A DNA stretch of 64,000 nucleotides from Candidatus Kapaibacterium sp. (GTDB taxonomy: Bacteria > Bacteroidota > Ignavibacteria > Kapaibacteriales > UBA2268): positions 4,192,001-4,256,000 of the forward strand of contig OY762428.1 of NCBI GenBank assembly GCA_963665665.1, written 5' to 3'. The translations under genes and the position numbers were made by a program. Below the pieces are notes generated by a model. It was not told where the DNA came from and searched no databases. It saw nothing but the letters and a program-made list of their open reading frames with translations. Shown piece by piece: positions 60,651-64,000 of the stretch (its first letter is position 1; each line of letters starts with the position of its first letter).

Positions 60651-61601
60651 ATGCCAAAAAAAATTAAAGTACTACTTGTTGACGACCAGGCAATAATTTT
60701 AGATATTCTGGAAAAAGGACTAAAACAGGATCCTGCGATAGAGATAGTTGGGAAGGCAACTGACGGATATCTTGCCCTGAATATGGTAAGGCGGGTGCGG
60801 CCTGACGTAATTCTGCTTGATATGGAAATGCCCAGGATGAATGGTATCCAGTTCCTGCATAACCTAATGCCTGTTAACCCGATACCTACCATTGTTCTTT
60901 CAGCATTGACTGCTAAGAATTCAAAAATAACAAATGATGCTTTTGAAGCAGGAGCCGTTGACTTTGAGCCTAAGCCGAGCGGTGCAAGAGGGCTAAATGA
61001 TATGCTTGAGCAGCTTTGGACTAAGATTAAAATGGCTGCTACCCAGGATGTTAATCACTTAAAGAAGAAAAAGAAAAGTTATACTCTTCCCAGTTCTCAT
61101 CTGGACAGGGCTGCAAAAACAGATAAAGTAATACTTGGCATGGGAGCCCTGGATGTGTCCAATAATCCAGGACAACATCTGAAAATTTATGCTCTTGGTT
61201 CCTGTATCGGGTTGGCACTTTTTTGTCAGACAGGCGGTATTGTAGGATTGGCACATGTAGTACTACCTCAGTCAACAACCGATATCGAGAAATCCAAAAA
61301 AATGCCCGGCTATTTTGCTGATACAGCAGTTCCGGAATTAATCAGCAAAATGCGTGATCTCGGATGTAATACGAAGATATTTGCAAAAATTGCAGGTGGT
61401 GCCAAAACAAACGTTGATATTGGGGATTTTTTCGGGGTTGGCCAAAGAAATGCTGTTTCGGTAAAAGCAAGCCTGCTAAAAAACGGTGTGAAAATTCTTT
61501 CTCAGGATGTTGGTGATACTTACTCGCGTACAATGACTGTAACAGCCGGAAAAGCAAAAGTTGAACTGTACTATCCTGATAAGGGGTCATGGATGATATA
61601 G
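60651..61601 (+). CDS. CheB-type receiver domain fused to CheD-family deamidase
   Basis: KVLLVDD, PDVILLDMEMPRMNG, GAVDF..KP; then LGSCIG, GLAHVVLP, FADTA, AKIAGGA, GQRN, DVG...R. Confidence 0.85.
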   Translation: MPKKIKVLLVDDQAIILDILEKGLKQDPAIEIVGKATDGYLALNMVRRVRPDVILLDMEMPRMNGIQFLHNLMPVNPIPTIVLSALTAKNSKITNDAFEAGAVDFEPKPSGARGLNDMLEQLWTKIKMAATQDVNHLKKKKKSYTLPSSHLDRAAKTDKVILGMGALDVSNNPGQHLKIYALGSCIGLALFCQTGGIVGLAHVVLPQSTTDIEKSKKMPGYFADTAVPELISKMRDLGCNTKIFAKIAGGAKTNVDIGDFFGVGQRNAVSVKASLLKNGVKILSQDVGDTYSRTMTVTAGKAKVELYYPDKGSWMI

Positions 61602-61614
61602 AAAGGAGACAAAA

Positions 61615-61956
61615 TTGACAAAAGAGGAAATGAAAGAATTTGCAAAAATTCTTGTTCAAACAATAGAAGAAGAGCATTCTGCTGAACTCGCACCGAAATG
61701 GGAGGGAGGCTCAGTTTTTATTATGCCCGGAGAACCGGGTACGAAAGAACACGAGATAACAATTGACAGGTTAATGCACAAAATTGTAATGATTAGAAAT
61801 AACCTGAGGGTTCTTGAGCAGAATATTAATTCTTCTGAATCATTAAGCGAGGGAGAGAAAGTAAAAATGCAAAATTATATAACTAAATGTTATGGTTCAT
61901 TAACTTCTTTTAATTTTATGTTTTATAACGATGCAGATAAGTTTACATCTAAATAA
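61615..61956 (+). CDS. Conserved-looking hypothetical protein
   Basis: GGAG RBS then TTG; KWEGG, HKIVMIR..LRVLEQ.IN, YIT.CYGSLTSFN. Confidence 0.7.
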   Translation: MTKEEMKEFAKILVQTIEEEHSAELAPKWEGGSVFIMPGEPGTKEHEITIDRLMHKIVMIRNNLRVLEQNINSSESLSEGEKVKMQNYITKCYGSLTSFNFMFYNDADKFTSK

Positions 61957-62172
61957 ATGATACTGATTTGCTTGGGCATTGTTATTAGCATTTAAAAATA
62001 TATTTCATTATTCTGCAATTAAATTAAAAACAATATCGATATTTAGCTGGGGCTAATTTGGTAAGTATATTGGCCTAATAGATTTAAAAAATATTCTTCT
62101 TGGGCAATATTAAAAAAAGTGCTATATTGAAACAGATGGATTCTGGGTTGTTTGTTTATTTGGAGAATTTAT

Positions 62173-63861
62173 ATGAGAGTAATTTACAAAAACTTCTCAT
62201 TCGCTATCGCTTCATTCATTTTGTTATTCGGGGTTGTTGCTCTTATTGCTTCCGGCAGTGGAATAAAGCAAGAGTATGAATCTCCGGATAAGCATTTGGA
62301 TGACAGTAAGAAGAAGAAGAAGGAGAAACTTACTACTGCCGATCACAGTACTTACGAGATTCTGCAGAAGGAATTTAAAACTCCCGAAGAGGTTACCGAA
62401 GCATGTCTGACTTGCCACGTGGAAGCTGCAAAACAGATAATGGGTACCATTCACTGGACCTGGGTATGCCCAAAGTCCAAGAATAAAACTATCGGGAAGT
62501 CAACAGTTATTAATAATTTCTGCATGGCTTTGCCGTCCAACGAACCGAGATGTACCAGCTGCCACTCGGGGTATGGCTGGAAAGATAAGAATTTCGATTT
62601 TAATGCTGAAAATAAGGTGGATTGCCTGGTGTGCCATGACCAGACAAAGACTTATAAGAAGTTTCCTACAGGTGCTGGCTATCCTGTAAAGGATACTACT
62701 GTTTTCAAAGGGAACGGCAAAACTTACCTGCCACCCGACTATAATTATGTGGCACAGAATATTGGCAAACCGACAAGGTACAACTGCGGTACCTGTCACT
62801 ATTTTGGTGGTGGCGGTAATAAAGTAAAGCATGGCGACCTGGATGTTGCGCTGAATGCCTGCTCGGTTGATATTGATGTTCACATGGCAAAAGATTCGCT
62901 CAATTTTGAATGTATTACATGCCATACAACTGAAAATCACAGAATTTCCGGCCGTTGCTATGCAACTCCCGCAGCCAAGGAAAAGGCTCTTCACTTTCCT
63001 ATGAAACCTGATGAATCTACAAGGATTTTCTGCGAATCTTGTCACGGCAATCATCCGCATGATTATCAGAAAATTAATGACCATGCAGATAAAGTTGCAT
63101 GCCAGACTTGCCATATTCCTGTTATGGCCAAAGCTAATCCTACCAAAATGTGGTGGGACTGGTCCAAAGCCGGACAGAAGAACGAAAAAGGCAAGCCCAT
63201 GAAGAAAAAAGAAATGCTTGATGCCGATCATGAAGTAGTTGTTTATGACGGTAAAAAAGGAGAGTTTAAGTGGGCAAGGAATTTAGAGCCTGAGTATTTC
63301 TGGTATAATGGATCGATCTCGGCTACTACTGTTTCTGATAAGATAAATCCCGACACAATTGTTCAGGTGAACAAGGTGCATGGGGATTATAATGATCCTG
63401 ATGCAAGGATATTTCCGTTCAAAGTCCACCGGGGTAAGCAGCCTTACGATGCAGTAAATAATACTTTTGTGGTTCCAAAATTATTTGGCAAAAAAGGAAG
63501 CGGAGCATATTGGGCTCATTTCGACTGGGGCAAAGCTATTGAAGTTGGAATGGAATATACGGGTGCTCCTTACAGCGGCAAGTATGACTTCGTTGAAACC
63601 GAGATGTACTGGCTTGTTTCCCACATGGTTTCTCCTAAAGAACAATCTTTGAAATGTGAGGATTGCCATTCATCAACTGACAGCCGCCTGAAAAATCTTG
63701 CAGGGTTTTATATGCCTGCCCGGGATAATAGTTCGGTTATTGACTGGATGGGTATAATTTTAATTATTCTTGCATTTGGCGGTGTTGTTATTCATGGTGG
63801 TTTCCGTCTGGCTTTCAAATCTAAAAATGGTTCACACGCAAAAGGAGGCGATAATGAGTAA
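62173..63861 (+). CDS. Octaheme c-type cytochrome (tetrathionate reductase family) with C-terminal TM
   Basis: Eight CxxCH (CLTCH, CTSCH, CLVCH, CGTCH, CITCH, CESCH, CQTCH, CEDCH); HWTW, INNFC, WDWSKAG, HMVSPK. Confidence 0.9.
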   Translation: MRVIYKNFSFAIASFILLFGVVALIASGSGIKQEYESPDKHLDDSKKKKKEKLTTADHSTYEILQKEFKTPEEVTEACLTCHVEAAKQIMGTIHWTWVCPKSKNKTIGKSTVINNFCMALPSNEPRCTSCHSGYGWKDKNFDFNAENKVDCLVCHDQTKTYKKFPTGAGYPVKDTTVFKGNGKTYLPPDYNYVAQNIGKPTRYNCGTCHYFGGGGNKVKHGDLDVALNACSVDIDVHMAKDSLNFECITCHTTENHRISGRCYATPAAKEKALHFPMKPDESTRIFCESCHGNHPHDYQKINDHADKVACQTCHIPVMAKANPTKMWWDWSKAGQKNEKGKPMKKKEMLDADHEVVVYDGKKGEFKWARNLEPEYFWYNGSISATTVSDKINPDTIVQVNKVHGDYNDPDARIFPFKVHRGKQPYDAVNNTFVVPKLFGKKGSGAYWAHFDWGKAIEVGMEYTGAPYSGKYDFVETEMYWLVSHMVSPKEQSLKCEDCHSSTDSRLKNLAGFYMPARDNSSVIDWMGIILIILAFGGVVIHGGFRLAFKSKNGSHAKGGDNE

Positions 63862-64000
63862 AGTAAAAATTTATAAGAGATTTGAAAGATTTTGGCACTG
63901 GATGCAGGCTTTACTTGTTATTCTGCTTGTTGTTACCGGATTTGAAATACATGGAACATGGACTGTTTTCGGTTTTGAACAGGCCGTTAATATGCATAAT
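63854..64000 (+). CDS. Cytochrome b subunit, 3' end outside window
   Basis: GGAGG RBS; MSKVKIYKRFERFWHWMQALLVILLVVTGFEIHG. Confidence 0.85.
   Translation, partial: MSKVKIYKRFERFWHWMQALLVILLVVTGFEIHGTWTVFGFEQAVNMHN

Noticed and set aside
62500-63231. Long antisense ORF (243 aa) and similar shadow ORFs elsewhere
   Set aside because: They lie opposite well-supported genes and have no motifs; expected antisense artefacts.

Overview
AT-rich bacterial chromosomal window, most consistent with an FCB-superphylum organism (Ignavibacteria/Kapabacteria-like). This is inferred from several type IX secretion (T9SS) C-terminal sorting domains and TAnnTTTG promoter boxes. Housekeeping genes include tnaA, rluB, lysC-lysA-rtcB, ruvA, rsmA, ygiQ, hpf, phoH-cdaA-dacB and an octaheme cytochrome c with a cytochrome b. 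They are interspersed with many outer-membrane and secreted proteins. No rRNA, tRNA, CRISPR array, integrase or transposase was recognised. Best leads: (1) a secreted protein whose complete T9SS sorting domain lies in the -1 frame behind an in-frame A9G / A-AAA-AAG slippery site (12195-13336), a candidate recoding switch for secretion; (2) a TIR-like domain fused to a fold-type II PLP enzyme (1286-3370); (3) an ECF sigma factor paired with a membrane-anchored anti-sigma-like protein ending in a T9SS sorting domain (53264-55837); (4) a receiver-CheD fusion; (5) three tandem outer-membrane paralogs, two sharing a 303-bp identical block; (6) an 11x21-bp tandem repeat. All family assignments come from motif recognition by eye, with no database searches.
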